Assembly: GCF_023509525.1 (NCBI RefSeq) | Contig: NZ_JAKNCJ010000007.1 | Span: 79,727 to 111,726 of the forward strand | Length of the DNA stretch: 32,000 bases | Reading direction: 5' to 3' | From: Brachybacterium equifaecis | Lineage (GTDB): Bacteria > Actinomycetota > Actinomycetes > Actinomycetales > Dermabacteraceae | Part shown: positions 31,901 through 32,000 of the stretch, one piece after another | Layout: every line of letters starts with the position of its first letter | Position numbering within the stretch: position 1 is the first letter of the stretch | The notes under the pieces: generated by a model | What the model was told of the DNA's origin: nothing | Seen by the model: the letters and a program-made list of their open reading frames with translations, nothing else | Databases searched by the model: none | Position numbers and translations under genes: made by a program

Positions 31901-32000
31901 CAACATGGGGTTCGCCGGCGAGGAGGCGGGTGAAGGCTTCTTTCGGTGAGAGGAAGCCGAGTCGGCGGCGGGGCCGGTTGTTGATCTCCTCCGCGATGCT
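31887..32000 (-). CDS. IS30-family transposase, C-terminal end (gene continues beyond the right window edge)
   Basis: Minus-strand translation is ..SIAEEINNRPRRRLGFLSPKEAFTRLLAGEPHVATTP*, with the stop at 31887-31889. The INxRPRxxLG..P.E signature is present. It abuts the truncation point of the IS3 orfB. Confidence 0.6.
   Translation of the reverse strand, partial: SIAEEINNRPRRRLGFLSPKEAFTRLLAGEPHVATTP

Noticed and set aside
30761-31906. 381-aa minus-strand ORF
   Set aside because: It is antisense to the IS3 orfA and orfB, which match IS6110-type proteins closely. Only its extreme 3' part overlaps the region of the real IS30 remnant, and that lies in a different frame.
1-32000. tRNA, rRNA or CRISPR arrays; att sites or an integrase that would delimit the island
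   Set aside because: There are no T-loop-like GGTTCGA-type motifs outside coding sequence, no spaced identical repeats and no tyrosine or serine recombinase gene. The right island border lies beyond the window.

Overview
High-G+C, actinobacterial-type chromosomal segment; almost all genes from 3.7 to 30.6 kb are on the minus strand. 1-9.1 kb looks ordinary. It holds a partial XRE regulator, a secreted protein, an NmrA-like NAD(P)-binding protein, an SRPBCC protein, an HSL-type alpha/beta hydrolase, a ParD-like antitoxin and a helix-hairpin-helix (HhH) protein. It also holds a PTS operon (EIICB, EIIA, PRD antiterminator, nanE) with a recognisable RAT antiterminator target in its leader. From 9.1 kb to the right edge the window is a defence/mobile island. 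It starts with a 1385-aa single-polypeptide fusion of an SNF2 ATPase, a DEDDh exonuclease, TerB-like repeats and a BRCT domain. Divergent from it is a 215-aa protein with a caspase/CHAT-like His...Cys arrangement. Next comes a complete type 1 BREX operon (brxA-brxB-brxC-pglX-pglZ-brxL) with two non-canonical features. A DUF1016/YhcG-type PD-(D/E)xK nuclease gene is translationally coupled between pglX and pglZ. The Lon-like C-terminus of BrxL is replaced by an MITD1-type (MIT_C) PLD-like domain. Upstream of brxA is a small excisionase-type HTH gene broken by an amber codon at a conserved Trp. Beyond it lie a decayed integrase-core remnant, a much lower-G+C two-gene cassette (2-TM protein plus class I SAM methyltransferase) and a nested IS graveyard. 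In the graveyard an IS6110-like IS3 element sits inside an IS30 remnant and is itself cut by another IS30-family element. I found no rRNA, tRNA or CRISPR array. The best candidates for something undescribed are the SNF2-exonuclease-BRCT giant with its divergent His/Cys partner, and the two BREX add-ons (embedded nuclease, PLD-like BrxL). All family assignments are by-eye motif recognition; no searches were run.
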